DNA from: Verrucomicrobiota bacterium
Lineage (GTDB): Bacteria; Chlamydiota; Chlamydiia; Chlamydiales; JAEYWL01
Reading direction: 5' to 3'
Length of the DNA: 64,000 nucleotides
NCBI GenBank assembly: GCA_023428915.1
Contig: JAEYWL010000010.1
Coordinates: 3,357-67,356 of the forward strand
Shown here: positions 38,472 through 48,500 of the stretch, in pieces
Position numbering within the stretch: position 1 is the first letter of the stretch
Layout: each line of letters opens with the position of its first letter
Translations under genes and position numbers: made by a program
The notes under the pieces: generated by a model
Seen by the model: only the letters and a program-made list of their open reading frames with translations
Told to the model about the DNA's origin: nothing
The model's database searches: none

Positions 38472-39531
38472 ATGGCTTGCTTATTTTGCTGCAAGCTAAG
38501 CTTGATTGGCGTTTCTTTAATAGTGTGATTGCAAACAGAAGGCTGCTAAGCATTAAATAAGTGCTGGGTTCCGGGGCGGGCATAAAATTATTTTGGTCGG
38601 CTGCGAAGCCAGAGAATTCTCCTTGCGTGATATAGGTGCTGCCTTGCAAATTATTTACAATTAAGTTGCCAATTAGGCTGCCGGAGTTAAAGTTAACCAA
38701 AGAATTTGGCGCGAGTATGCTGTAATAGCTGCCGCTTAAAGCCAGATTTGTGGCATTTGGCAAATTAAAGAGAATATTAGATGAGGCGATGCCTCCATTC
38801 AGGGAGCTTGATAAGCTTTTAAGCAGTGTTTGTGTGGGCGTTCCGTCGAGTATATTTATGACTAAAAATGCACTGCTTGGTCCGTTTACTAAATACCCCC
38901 AAGCGTTATTAATTTGACTGAGAGTTAAATTGATAACATTTCTGCCTGAAAGCAGATTGCTAATCTGCAGCTGTCCAAAGTTGTTAGTCACAGTTGCGGT
39001 TGGAGAAAGTGCTCCCCAAAAACTGCTTGCTGATTGAAAATACTGTTTTACATATTGTAAATTTTGCGAGGGCGTATAAGGCACATTTGATTGAATTAAT
39101 CCTGTTATTGTCAAGTTAGAGCTATTATTTCCGGTTAAAGTGGCGCTTCCCACTATTTGACCGAAGCCGCCTTGTAAATTCCCCCCTGAAACTATATTTC
39201 CTTGAATGGATACGGAGCTTAAATTAACTGTATTGGCGGCTTCAATTCCTCCATATGCAGAAGAGCCCCCATTTATTGTCACTGAACCGCCTGAATAAAT
39301 TGAATAAGGTGAGTAAGGGTGGGAAGCTTGGGCGCTAAAACTAGTGAAATAACTGTTTCCTAATGAACCCGTAATCCCTTCTACGCCATTTCCATATGGA
39401 ATAGATGATGTGCCAATTTGACCTTTTGCAAAAACGTTATACTGATAGGGTTGCACAATTGCGGCAAAAACAGAGGCATTTAAGGAAAAGATTGTTATAC
39501 AAATTACTAATAATAATTTTATTATATTCAT
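38461..39531 (-). CDS. Secreted repeat protein with a choice-of-anchor-A-like N-terminal region and a PEP-CTERM-like sorting signal
   Basis: 356 aa with a signal peptide. It has YQYNVFAKGQIG...GVEG near the N-terminus and a G/S/N-rich beta-helix-like body. The C-terminus is PAPEPSTYLMLSSLLFAITLLKKRQ plus a 14-aa tail. Confidence 0.55.
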   Translation of the reverse strand: MNIIKLLLVICITIFSLNASVFAAIVQPYQYNVFAKGQIGTSSIPYGNGVEGITGSLGNSYFTSFSAQASHPYSPYSIYSGGSVTINGGSSAYGGIEAANTVNLSSVSIQGNIVSGGNLQGGFGQIVGSATLTGNNSSNLTITGLIQSNVPYTPSQNLQYVKQYFQSASSFWGALSPTATVTNNFGQLQISNLLSGRNVINLTLSQINNAWGYLVNGPSSAFLVINILDGTPTQTLLKSLSSSLNGGIASSNILFNLPNATNLALSGSYYSILAPNSLVNFNSGSLIGNLIVNNLQGSTYITQGEFSGFAADQNNFMPAPEPSTYLMLSSLLFAITLLKKRQSSLACSKISKPFIQ

Positions 39532-39606
39532 ACAAGTTTATTTTATTAAAAACTCCTCCTATTATAAAAATAACTTTTTTTAATAAAAAAGTCAAATTAA
39601 TATTTT

Positions 39607-39671
39607 AAAACCCGGCTTGCTACCTTCTAAGAGCTCAAATCTGACTCTTAGAAGGTAGCAAGCCGGGTTTT
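39607..39671 (-). terminator. Perfect 27-bp-stem palindrome (terminator-like element)
   Basis: AAAACCCGGCTTGCTACCTTCTAAGAG - 11-nt loop - exact complement. It lies downstream of the stop at 39749. A partial copy is at 18180-18243. Confidence 0.5.
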
Positions 39672-39748
39672 AAACCATGAGTGATAAAGCAGTCGAGATC
39701 TACAAGTAGGATATTTAACAAGGAGGGAAAGGTATTTAAAACAACTCT

Positions 39749-40675
39749 CTATTTCTTTTTATTTTTTCTTATGAAATCGCTTAATAGCGATCTGGAAAAA
39801 ATGTAGTGTTTTTTTAGATCTGCGACAGTGAGCAGTCCGGCACTGGCTAAAGCTTTTGCGATTTCTTCTTTAATCAATGCAGGATTGTAATGGTTGACAG
39901 AGTCAATTAAGCCGCTGTTAACATAATCTTCCGGATGCAAGATTTGAAGCTTATATAGACCTTCGATGGCTGGATCATCATTGGAAAGTTTTTCATTGCC
40001 ATGGTTATCAAAAATAGAACCTAACTTATCTTGGAGAAGAGCGAAAAGGCCATTGCATGGATCAACGTTATAGCCAATGGTCTCATGCCTAATGCGGTAT
40101 AAGCGTTCTTTTTGTACTGAAAATCTCTCTACTATGCTGCTAATATCGTGCAGCCAAGCAATACTAAGGCAGCGGCTCAATAGTAAATCTAATTGCTCAA
40201 ATGTGTCTGCCAGTAATTGAAATTTATGTAATATCTTTGATAGATCTGAGCTATTTATATCAGATGGAATGATATCGAGAATTGCTTGCTGTTCTTTTTC
40301 AATAGAATCAACCCAAAGCTGCTCCTGTTTTTCGATATAGTGTTCCACAAAAAGCAGTTGGTGCTGCATACTTTCTTTTAGAGGGGAATGACGCAACTCT
40401 GTTAACAGCACTTCATCTTTAATTACCAATTCTCTAAAGACCGGAGAAGGCAATCTAATAAAAAAGTAGTGAAGCTGTTCTGGCGAGGCTTGTCCGTCGC
40501 GCAAGACTAGCTCAGCTAGAGCTGCTGAGCTATGCTCTCCAACTGTTTCGAAGTGTTGAATTTCGCTTAACCGCGAAACAAACTGCCTTAGCTCTGCTTT
40601 ATCTTTTATTGAGTGGCTGCTCATAAATGACTTTATAGAAGCATCGTCGAGTGGTTTGGCTTTTTGCGAAGTCAT
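39749..40675 (-). CDS. Hypothetical protein
   Basis: 308 aa from the ATG at 40675, preceded by AAGGAA. The longer ORF, which starts at 40744, would overlap htpX by 62 nt. No motif recognised. Confidence 0.5.
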   Translation of the reverse strand: MTSQKAKPLDDASIKSFMSSHSIKDKAELRQFVSRLSEIQHFETVGEHSSAALAELVLRDGQASPEQLHYFFIRLPSPVFRELVIKDEVLLTELRHSPLKESMQHQLLFVEHYIEKQEQLWVDSIEKEQQAILDIIPSDINSSDLSKILHKFQLLADTFEQLDLLLSRCLSIAWLHDISSIVERFSVQKERLYRIRHETIGYNVDPCNGLFALLQDKLGSIFDNHGNEKLSNDDPAIEGLYKLQILHPEDYVNSGLIDSVNHYNPALIKEEIAKALASAGLLTVADLKKHYIFSRSLLSDFIRKNKKK

Positions 40676-40682
40676 GCGTTCC

Positions 40683-41594
40683 TTATCTAGATCTTGAGTT
40701 TTGTAAACGTTCAATTCTTTCTGCAAGCGGAGGGTGTGTGGCAAAAAGATTTAATACACCTTTGGTATTTGAAATCTTAAAAGCTTGAAAAGCCGGTTGC
40801 TCCGTGCGTTCATCTTTCACTTCGATATTGCGCTGCAATGCCTTCAACGCATTGATCATTTTTTCGCGGCCAGCTAATTCTGCTCCGCCTTTATCCGCCC
40901 TAAATTCGCGAAAACGCGAATAGAAAGCAATTACAATCGAACCTAAAATCATAAAAACGATTTCGAACACAAATACGAGTATATAGTAAAAACCTGTTGA
41001 CGCTAATCCACTTTCTGATCTGTCGCGCATGCCTGAAACAACATAGGCGAGTACTCTTGCTAAAAACATAACAAAAGCGTTGATTACTCCTTGCAGTAAC
41101 GTCATTGTGACCATATCGCCATTGGCGATGTGGGCAATTTCATGGCCGAGCACTCCTTCTAACTCATCGCGATTCATCCGTTGCAATAAACCAGAAGAGA
41201 CTGCAACTAGAGAGCTTCTCTTGGTAGCTCCAGTTGCAAAAGCATTGAGTTCCGGTGATTGGTAGATGCCAACTTCGGGCATATCGGATAGCCTGGCCTT
41301 TTGAGCCAGATTGTAAACTATATCAAGCAATTGCCTTAAGCCAGGATCGTTTGTATTAGGATCTATGATTTGTACGCCCATTAACCATTTTGCCATGACC
41401 TTAGAAAGCAGCAAGGAAATGAAAGCGCCGCCCATACCCCAGATAAAACAGAAAATCATCAGAGATTGGTAATTAATTCCATGCTGACTCAAGAAGGGTT
41501 GAACATGAAAAATCGATAGAATAAATGAAATCGTAATGACGACCAGGAAGTTAACCAGTAAGAACAGAATTACCCGTTTAGCAATTGCAAACAT
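40683..41594 (-). CDS. htpX: Zinc metalloprotease HtpX (M48)
   Basis: 303 aa with 4 TMs, HEIAHIANGD (HExxH) and a downstream E in FREFRAD. Confidence 0.9.
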   Translation of the reverse strand: MFAIAKRVILFLLVNFLVVITISFILSIFHVQPFLSQHGINYQSLMIFCFIWGMGGAFISLLLSKVMAKWLMGVQIIDPNTNDPGLRQLLDIVYNLAQKARLSDMPEVGIYQSPELNAFATGATKRSSLVAVSSGLLQRMNRDELEGVLGHEIAHIANGDMVTMTLLQGVINAFVMFLARVLAYVVSGMRDRSESGLASTGFYYILVFVFEIVFMILGSIVIAFYSRFREFRADKGGAELAGREKMINALKALQRNIEVKDERTEQPAFQAFKISNTKGVLNLFATHPPLAERIERLQNSRSR

Positions 41595-41660
41595 GTGCCC
41601 TCCTCATGAAAAAGAACTAAATTCTATTGTATGCGATTTATAAAGGTTTTGCAAGAGCGT

Positions 41661-41858
41661 CTACCTTTTATCGATGTCGCAGGAATTTTTGCCAAGCATT
41701 TGATAGAGGACGCACCAGCCTCGGATAGCTTCAAAAAAGACAAACAAGGATGCGAGAAGCAATAACCAGCTCCAAAAATAGTACGCTAGCCCTAATAGGA
41801 GAATAGCTAAAATAAAACGGACCCAGCGGCCTAGGTTATTGATATTGGGTTTAAACAT
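41661..41858 (-). CDS. DUF2892-like small membrane protein
   Basis: 65 aa from the ATG with two TM helices and the GRWVRFILAILLLGLAYYF pattern. Confidence 0.5.
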   Translation of the reverse strand: MFKPNINNLGRWVRFILAILLLGLAYYFWSWLLLLASLFVFFEAIRGWCVLYQMLGKNSCDIDKR

Positions 41859-42032
41859 GATTACCACCAAGATTGTTATGCTTCATTTTGTTGACAAATT
41901 AAGGTAAATTAGGTTATTAAAAAACATCTTTTATTATTTCGCGACTTTAATTTCCTGGATTGAGTCAAATTCTTTTAGAAAGTCGCACTCAAGGCCAAGG
42001 GTTTACAACAACACAAACATTAAAGGATAACC

Positions 42033-44123
42033 ATGATTGAAAATGCCTATGGATTTGTCATCGGTTGCGGTATTTTAGCTCTGCTCTTTGGCATCTATCT
42101 AATCCGTTCCGTGCTCAAATTGAGTCCCGGTAGCGAACAGATGCAAAAAATCGCCTCTGCAATTCAAGAGGGTGCAACAGCTTACCTCAATCGCCAATAC
42201 CAAATGATTACGCTAGTGGGAATTGTAATTTTTGCCCTCTTAAGCTGGAGGCTTGGCCTGTATGTGGGTGTAGGATTTCTTATCGGCTCTGTCTTGTCAG
42301 GGTTGGCTGGCTATATTGGAATGAACGTTTCTGTACGTTCAAACTCCCGTACCGCTGAGTCTGCTAAACAAGGGTTAGCGCCTGCATTATCAGTAGCGTT
42401 TAAAGCAGGAGCAGTAACTGGCTTGCTCGTAGTTAGCTTAGCTCTAATCGGAATCACCTCCTATTTAATCTTCTTAAAAAATGCTAATCTGCCTTTAAGG
42501 GTAATATTAGAGGCTTTAGTTGCGCTAGGTTTTGGTGCGTCCCTGATCTCTATTTTTGCTCGTCTCGGGGGCGGCATCTTCACAAAAGGTGCTGATGTCG
42601 GTGCAGATCTTGTTGGTAAAATTGAAGCTGGCATTCCTGAGGATGACCCACGCAACCCTGCGGTAATTGCCGATAATGTAGGCGACAACGTTGGTGATTG
42701 TGCAGGCATGGCGGCCGACTTGTTTGAGACTTATGTAGTTACAATCGTTGGTACTATGCTGCTGGCCGGTATTTATTTTACAGGCGATATGTTAAATCTC
42801 ATGATGCTTTACCCGCTATTAATCGGGGGAGTATGCATGGTTTGTACAGTGCTGGGAACTTACTTTGTGCGTTTAGGTAAAAGCAATAATATCATGGGAG
42901 CGCTCTATAAGGGCTTTTTAGCGACAGCGCTGTTATCGATTGTGGCTATTATCGGCATGACTCATTTCTTAATTGGTTTTGATAGCGCGATTCAAGAAAA
43001 GGGACTGGCTTTTACCGGTAAGAATCTTATTTACTGCGCCTTGACAGGATTAGCTGTCACTGGCTTGCTTATGTGGATTACAGAGTATTACACTTCAACT
43101 CGTTATCGCCCTGTTATGAGCATTTCCAGTTCATCTATAACTGGACATGCCACTAACATTATCCAGGGCTTAGCCGTATCAATGGAAGCTACAGCATTGC
43201 CTGTAATTGTAATTTGCTTGGGCATTCTCGTAAGCTTTTTAAATGCCGGATTGTTTGGCGTGGCTATTGCGGCAACCTCAATGCTTGCATTGGCAGGCAT
43301 GGTTGTAGCATTGGATGCTTATGGGCCTGTTACTGACAATGCTGGCGGTATAGCAGAAATGTCCGGCATGCCATCAGATATCCGTAAAACTACTGACGCT
43401 TTAGATGCCGTTGGCAATACCACTAAGGCAGTAACAAAGGGATATGCAATTGGTTCTGCAGGCCTTGCAGCGCTTGTGCTGTTTACAGCCTTCATTGAAG
43501 ACTTAACGCACTATTTCCCCAATGTAAAAGTCAGTTTTGAGCTGCAAGACCCATATGTTGTTATCGGCCTATTTATTGGCGGGCTGCTGCCGTACCTTTT
43601 TGGTTCCATGAGCATGATGGCTGTCGGCCGCGCTGCAGGTTCTGTAGTTGTGGAAGTGCGCCGTCAATTTAGGGAAATCAAAGGCATTATGGAAGGGACT
43701 GCAAAACCTGATTATAGCCGGGCTGTCGACCTCTTGACAAAAGCTGCCATTAAAGAAATGGTGCTGCCATCATTGCTTCCTGTTGCAGCCCCAATTGTGG
43801 CTTACTTTTTGGTGTATGCAGTGGTTGGACAATCTGAGGCATTTACTGTGCTTGGCTCTATGCTCTTAGGCGTGGTAGTTACTGGTTTATTTGTAGCTAT
43901 TTCCATGACTTCTGGCGGAGGCGCCTGGGACAATGCTAAAAAGCAGATTGAAGACGGGCATCATGGCGGCAAAGGTTCAGAGGCGCATAAAGCTGCCGTT
44001 ACCGGCGACACAGTCGGCGACCCTTACAAGGATACTGCAGGCCCTGCAATCAATCCGATGATTAAGATCGCCAACATTGTGGCATTGCTATTGCTAGCCT
44101 TGCTATCTTCAGGAGCTCACTAA
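42033..44123 (+). CDS. hppA: Membrane-bound proton-translocating pyrophosphatase (K+-independent type by motif)
   Basis: 696 aa with [18 protein letters not shown] and [19 protein letters not shown]. It has [10 protein letters not shown], where Lys rather than Ala marks the K+-independent class. Confidence 0.93.
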   Translation: MIENAYGFVIGCGILALLFGIYLIRSVLKLSPGSEQMQKIASAIQEGATAYLNRQYQMITLVGIVIFALLSWRLGLYVGVGFLIGSVLSGLAGYIGMNVSVRSNSRTAESAKQGLAPALSVAFKAGAVTGLLVVSLALIGITSYLIFLKNANLPLRVILEALVALGFGASLISIFARLGGGIFTKGADVGADLVGKIEAGIPEDDPRNPAVIADNVGDNVGDCAGMAADLFETYVVTIVGTMLLAGIYFTGDMLNLMMLYPLLIGGVCMVCTVLGTYFVRLGKSNNIMGALYKGFLATALLSIVAIIGMTHFLIGFDSAIQEKGLAFTGKNLIYCALTGLAVTGLLMWITEYYTSTRYRPVMSISSSSITGHATNIIQGLAVSMEATALPVIVICLGILVSFLNAGLFGVAIAATSMLALAGMVVALDAYGPVTDNAGGIAEMSGMPSDIRKTTDALDAVGNTTKAVTKGYAIGSAGLAALVLFTAFIEDLTHYFPNVKVSFELQDPYVVIGLFIGGLLPYLFGSMSMMAVGRAAGSVVVEVRRQFREIKGIMEGTAKPDYSRAVDLLTKAAIKEMVLPSLLPVAAPIVAYFLVYAVVGQSEAFTVLGSMLLGVVVTGLFVAISMTSGGGAWDNAKKQIEDGHHGGKGSEAHKAAVTGDTVGDPYKDTAGPAINPMIKIANIVALLLLALLSSGAH

Positions 44124-44127
44124 GCTA

Positions 44128-44163
44128 AAAGGATCTTGCGCTACAGCGTTAAGGTCCTTTTTT
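44128..44163 (+). terminator. Rho-independent terminator after hppA
   Basis: AAAGGATCTT...AAGGTCCTTT stem (one G-U pair) followed by a T run. A second GC hairpin (CGTGCCC...GGGCACG) follows and may serve the convergent gene. Confidence 0.55.
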
Positions 44164-44208
44164 CCCGTGCCCGCGTGCGGGCATGGGCACGAAATGATAG
44201 TGAGAAGC

Positions 44209-44481
44209 TTATTCTATAATCTTAACATCCTTGTTCAAGGGATGTTTAAGATGTCCAAATTCAGGATTGCGCGAAAGCTCCATTAAGTGAATTGGGCTTT
44301 CAAATCTTTCAATTTCATAAACCAGCGCAGTGTTTTCATCCTGCAAGGCTTTTACTTCTTTTGCAATGAGCGGAATTTTTAAACGTAATTCGGTGATTTC
44401 ATTTTGTTTGTCGATCACCATTGAAAGTGTCAAACAGGCTAAAGCTATGCAAATCAATAGGCGTATAGATAAAAATTTCAT
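44209..44481 (-). CDS. FtsL/DivIC-like cell-division protein
   Basis: 90 aa with an N-terminal TM followed by a coiled coil. It overlaps rsmH by 4 nt, which is the classical rsmH-ftsL position. Confidence 0.55.
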   Translation of the reverse strand: MKFLSIRLLICIALACLTLSMVIDKQNEITELRLKIPLIAKEVKALQDENTALVYEIERFESPIHLMELSRNPEFGHLKHPLNKDVKIIE

Positions 44482-45419
44482 AGCTTTTGCACTATTCGCA
44501 GTTTTGCACTGCGGCTTCTTGGGTTTAGAGCTAATTCTTCCTCGCTAGCGGTAATCGGCTTTGTAGTAAGCAGTTTTACAATTGGTTGTTTGTCTTGAAA
44601 CACGCCGGCAATTCCTGAAGTCGTTTCCTTGTCGCTTGCAGCATATCTAAAGGCATTTTTAACAATTCTATCTTCCAGGCTATGAAAGCTAATGATACCG
44701 AGCATCCCTTTTGGCGCTAATGCATCGATAGCTGCCGGTATTAATTCCGTTAAAGAATGCAGTTCTTCATTTACCGCTATGCGCAAGGCTTGAAAAGTCA
44801 GCGTTAAAGGGTGGATTGATTTTTTCTTTACGTAATAGGGAAAAGAGGGCAGCAATAACTCGGATAACTGTTTTGTGCTCACAATGCGCTGCTGCTCTCT
44901 TCCTTTGACGATAGTTTTTGCGATCATTCTCCAAAGGGGTTCTTCACCGTAATTGCGCAAAATTTTGCCTAGCTCTTCAAAAGACCATTCATTAACGATA
45001 ATTTCAGCTGTTAGAAATCCTTCGCGATTCATTCTCATGTCCAATGGGCCGTCATGCATAAAACTAAAACCGCGTTCAGCTTGGTCAAACTGCATTGAGG
45101 AAACTCCTATGTCAAATAACATGCCGTCGAAACGATTAGCCGGCAGATTTGGCAACAAATGCTTTAGGTTTTTAAAATTGTCATGGCAAAAATGAAGCTT
45201 TCCTTCCCAGGGTGACAATCTTTCTCGAGAAATCGCCAATGCGGAAAGATCCTGGTCTATGCCAACCAAGAGTTGAATTTCCGGATGATGTTCTAATACA
45301 GCTTCTGCGTGGCCGCCTGCACCAAGGGTGCCATCCAAATAAGTTTTAAGATAAGATTGTTCCAATGCTGCAATCCATTCATTGCAAAGTACAGAAAGAT
45401 GCGGATAGGGCGGGGGCAT
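44478..45419 (-). CDS. rsmH: 16S rRNA (cytosine1402-N4)-methyltransferase RsmH/MraW
   Basis: 313 aa with the blocks DGTLGAGGHAEAVL, FDIGVSSMQFD and SFHSLEDR. Confidence 0.93.
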   Translation of the reverse strand: MPPPYPHLSVLCNEWIAALEQSYLKTYLDGTLGAGGHAEAVLEHHPEIQLLVGIDQDLSALAISRERLSPWEGKLHFCHDNFKNLKHLLPNLPANRFDGMLFDIGVSSMQFDQAERGFSFMHDGPLDMRMNREGFLTAEIIVNEWSFEELGKILRNYGEEPLWRMIAKTIVKGREQQRIVSTKQLSELLLPSFPYYVKKKSIHPLTLTFQALRIAVNEELHSLTELIPAAIDALAPKGMLGIISFHSLEDRIVKNAFRYAASDKETTSGIAGVFQDKQPIVKLLTTKPITASEEELALNPRSRSAKLRIVQKL

Positions 45420-45442
45420 ACAGAGTATCCTTTCGTAAAAAA

Positions 45443-45459
45443 TCTAGAATTATTCTAGA
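45443..45459. promoter_or_regulatory. Perfect 17-bp palindrome in the divergent rsmH / giant-ORF promoter region
   Basis: TCTAGAAT-T-ATTCTAGA, 24 nt upstream of the rsmH start codon. Confidence 0.35.
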
Positions 45460-45570
45460 GAGTATAAAAAAAATAAGATAGTAAAAAATATATACAAGTT
45501 TTTTGTTTGATTTTAAAAATCGACTCTTTTTGATAATCTTTTTAAGTTATTAATAATTGGATAATAAATT

Positions 45571-48500
45571 ATGCAAGTCCGAAAAAGCCTCGATGCAACG
45601 AACTGGCAGCTTATTGAAGAGCCGCCAAAGTTGCCCCCAAAGATAAAACGTCCTTGTCCTTATTCAGAGCGCAAGGGTGATTTGGTCGCCCATCGTTTTA
45701 GAGGAGCAGGCGTCTACACAGCAGAAGATGAGCTGCAAGAGCAGCATTTAGCAAAATCCATTATTCCTTTAGAGGGTGAAGGTGTTTTCTATCTTACACG
45801 TCAATTGTTTGAAAAGCACACGAGTACTGTACAAGTACTGCTTTCGCAGCTTAAACTTGATAATGGGAACTGGCAAGGTGAAAAAGAAATAGTCTATACC
45901 TGGTCGCCTATTGGCTTGTTGCTGTATCTTTTATTTGAATTTCCTAATATTTCTATTTCTGTAAAAGGGTCTATCGTCCGCAAAGCTCAAGCTTGTAATA
46001 ATAACAATTGGTATAGATGTTTTGTAGATACTCTATTTCCTAATTTGTCTTTACAGCTGCCAAGCAGTGTCTTTACACGTGAAGCCTCTCTTAGTCCATT
46101 ATGTAAACATGACGTAGATGTGAGCATTAAAGCAGAAAGTGCTGCCGAGGAAGAAGCGCTGGCAACTTTATTTGTTCACTATATTGCAATGCGATGTTTT
46201 GATGAAAGCAATATTCCCATTGCGGTCTGCACCCAGCTGCCTAAGCAAGCGCCTTTATTTGAGAACTATAAACCAATAAGGCCAAATGGGCTCGTTTCAA
46301 AAAGTCACTGTACTTTGATATCAGTAGCGGGTGTGGACCAATATGGTCTTATTCGGAATATTGATGCCGTGATTAGCAGTTTTCTCGACCCTGGATTTTT
46401 AGCAACTCACGATAATGCGGCATTGCTTCTTGAACTCCTTGATTTGGCAAAAATGATCCTCCAAGAAAATCCTGGCTTAATGGTTTTGCCAAAACGTCAA
46501 AGATATGAAAAATTAGGCGAGCTATTAAGGAAAAAATTTCCAACAAGTTTACAGCTAATAGGGGAAGCTGGTTCCCCAAAACAGGCCGTTTGTTCACAAC
46601 TGACGCGTAGATATGCTATCGAAGAGTTGGAGAAGCGCAACGGCAAAGTCTGTTTTGAAATTTACTACTTAGCTACACGCGACCGCTTATGTGATACAGT
46701 CGGAGCGGGGGTCTATCTTTTAAAGAGGATATTTTTTGAAGCCCAAAAGAATAGAAAATTTGAGTATTACCTGGGATTATGCAGAACTGTAATGGGCAAT
46801 CATCACATTCATACGAGCCCTTTAAATTTCCTATGCTATGGGTTTACCTGTTGTGCTTATCTTGAAGAGGCTAGGGTAAACTGTGAAGTTGCTGTTGATG
46901 AAGCCTTTATTAATGATATTTGGGAAAACTTTTTTTCCTTTAGGATACTTTCTAAAGATTTAAGAGCATCTTTAATTACATATTTTGAGTCTGCCACCAA
47001 AAACAGCAGCAATTTAATGCAATTAATTTACAAAGCTAGTACAGAAGGTTTTTCCTTTAGGCGTTTGCTATTTCTGGTAAAATTACGGGGCTTATTTGAA
47101 TTGCTCAAAACGCAAAATGATTTGGGGGTAATGCTTACATTCCAGTGCGGCGACAATTGCATACAAATTCCTGTATGGGACGAAAAGGGGACTTGCACTT
47201 TGATCGTCCCATTTATTAAGGCCGCCGATTTTGAAAATTGGAGAGCAGAGGAGTTTGCTGCATTTCACACAGATCAGTTAAATATTTTAACTACAGTACC
47301 TGCTCAGTCTACTCCTGACTTTTCCAATCAACCCCAATTAGTCCGCAATGCAGAGAAAATGCGGCAATTTGATTGGGAATCACTTATTGAATCGCTTGAG
47401 CAAGTCAGCTTAATATCACCATTACCTATACAGATAGTGTGCAAAAAACTTCTTATTTATATTTTTGTACATCAACAAGAAAATCTCTCGATAAAGAAAT
47501 TTCTTTGCGCATTTCCAAGCCTATTTTTTGAAACTGATTTCTTGCCAGTATTAGAAAAGTTTTCTGCTGCAAAAAGCATTGCAAATTTAATCGATTTTTG
47601 TGATGCAAATAAAAAGATTACATCGAATAAAGCTCTTATATTTAATTACTTAAATTGGCTTTCAGGGCAAGAAACTGAAGTTGTTGCTGAAGTTATTTTA
47701 ACTATTTTTAAGAGGAATCATAATATTTTTTCTGCCAATAAACTAAAAGAGTACATTTGCAATGTTTGCAAAAAAAATAGTCTATTGGCACTAAAGTTGT
47801 TCTTGTGCATGCATGAGCAAAAAAAATTTAAACCGGCAATCGAACTAGAATTAGCGGAATATATTTTTGGGCAGAGAGAACGATTAGTTGAAAATGAATT
47901 GAATGAGTTCTATTGCTTACTGCTACCATTTCTTCATAAAAAATGCCATAGAGTGGATCCACAAAAATATAGTGAGGAAAATCGCTCAGTTAGAAGATTT
48001 ATTGAAACAATTTTTTCGGCGAGTTATTGCACGGCCCCTGATGAATTTCTCTATAGTTTAGCATGCGAGGGCTTAAGGCACGATTGTTTAACCTCTTTTT
48101 CGCGAGTTGCGGAATACCTAGATAGACGGCTAGAAAGATTGATTTCTCAGCAAGCAAGGCAATTATCAAATCTAATTCGCTGTTTACAATTAATTGTTAC
48201 ATACAAATTGGATCCTTTACCGCTTTTTAGAAGCAAATGGGAAAGAGTAAAAATGCAAGTCACTACTCTATTATTGCATACTTACTCAAAAGAAGAGGCT
48301 CAAAATATTTTAAACACGATTTTTTATGAGCCTGAAAAAGTTATCGAAGTCGATGAAAAGGACTTATTAGAATTATTTACAGCGAACAATTATGAAGGAA
48401 TTTACAGAATAGTAAATTTACAGAGATTTACTATTTTAGATGACAGTAGAAAACTTTATTGGCTTGAGACCTTTGCCCAGCTTCCTGTATGTAGTGGCAG

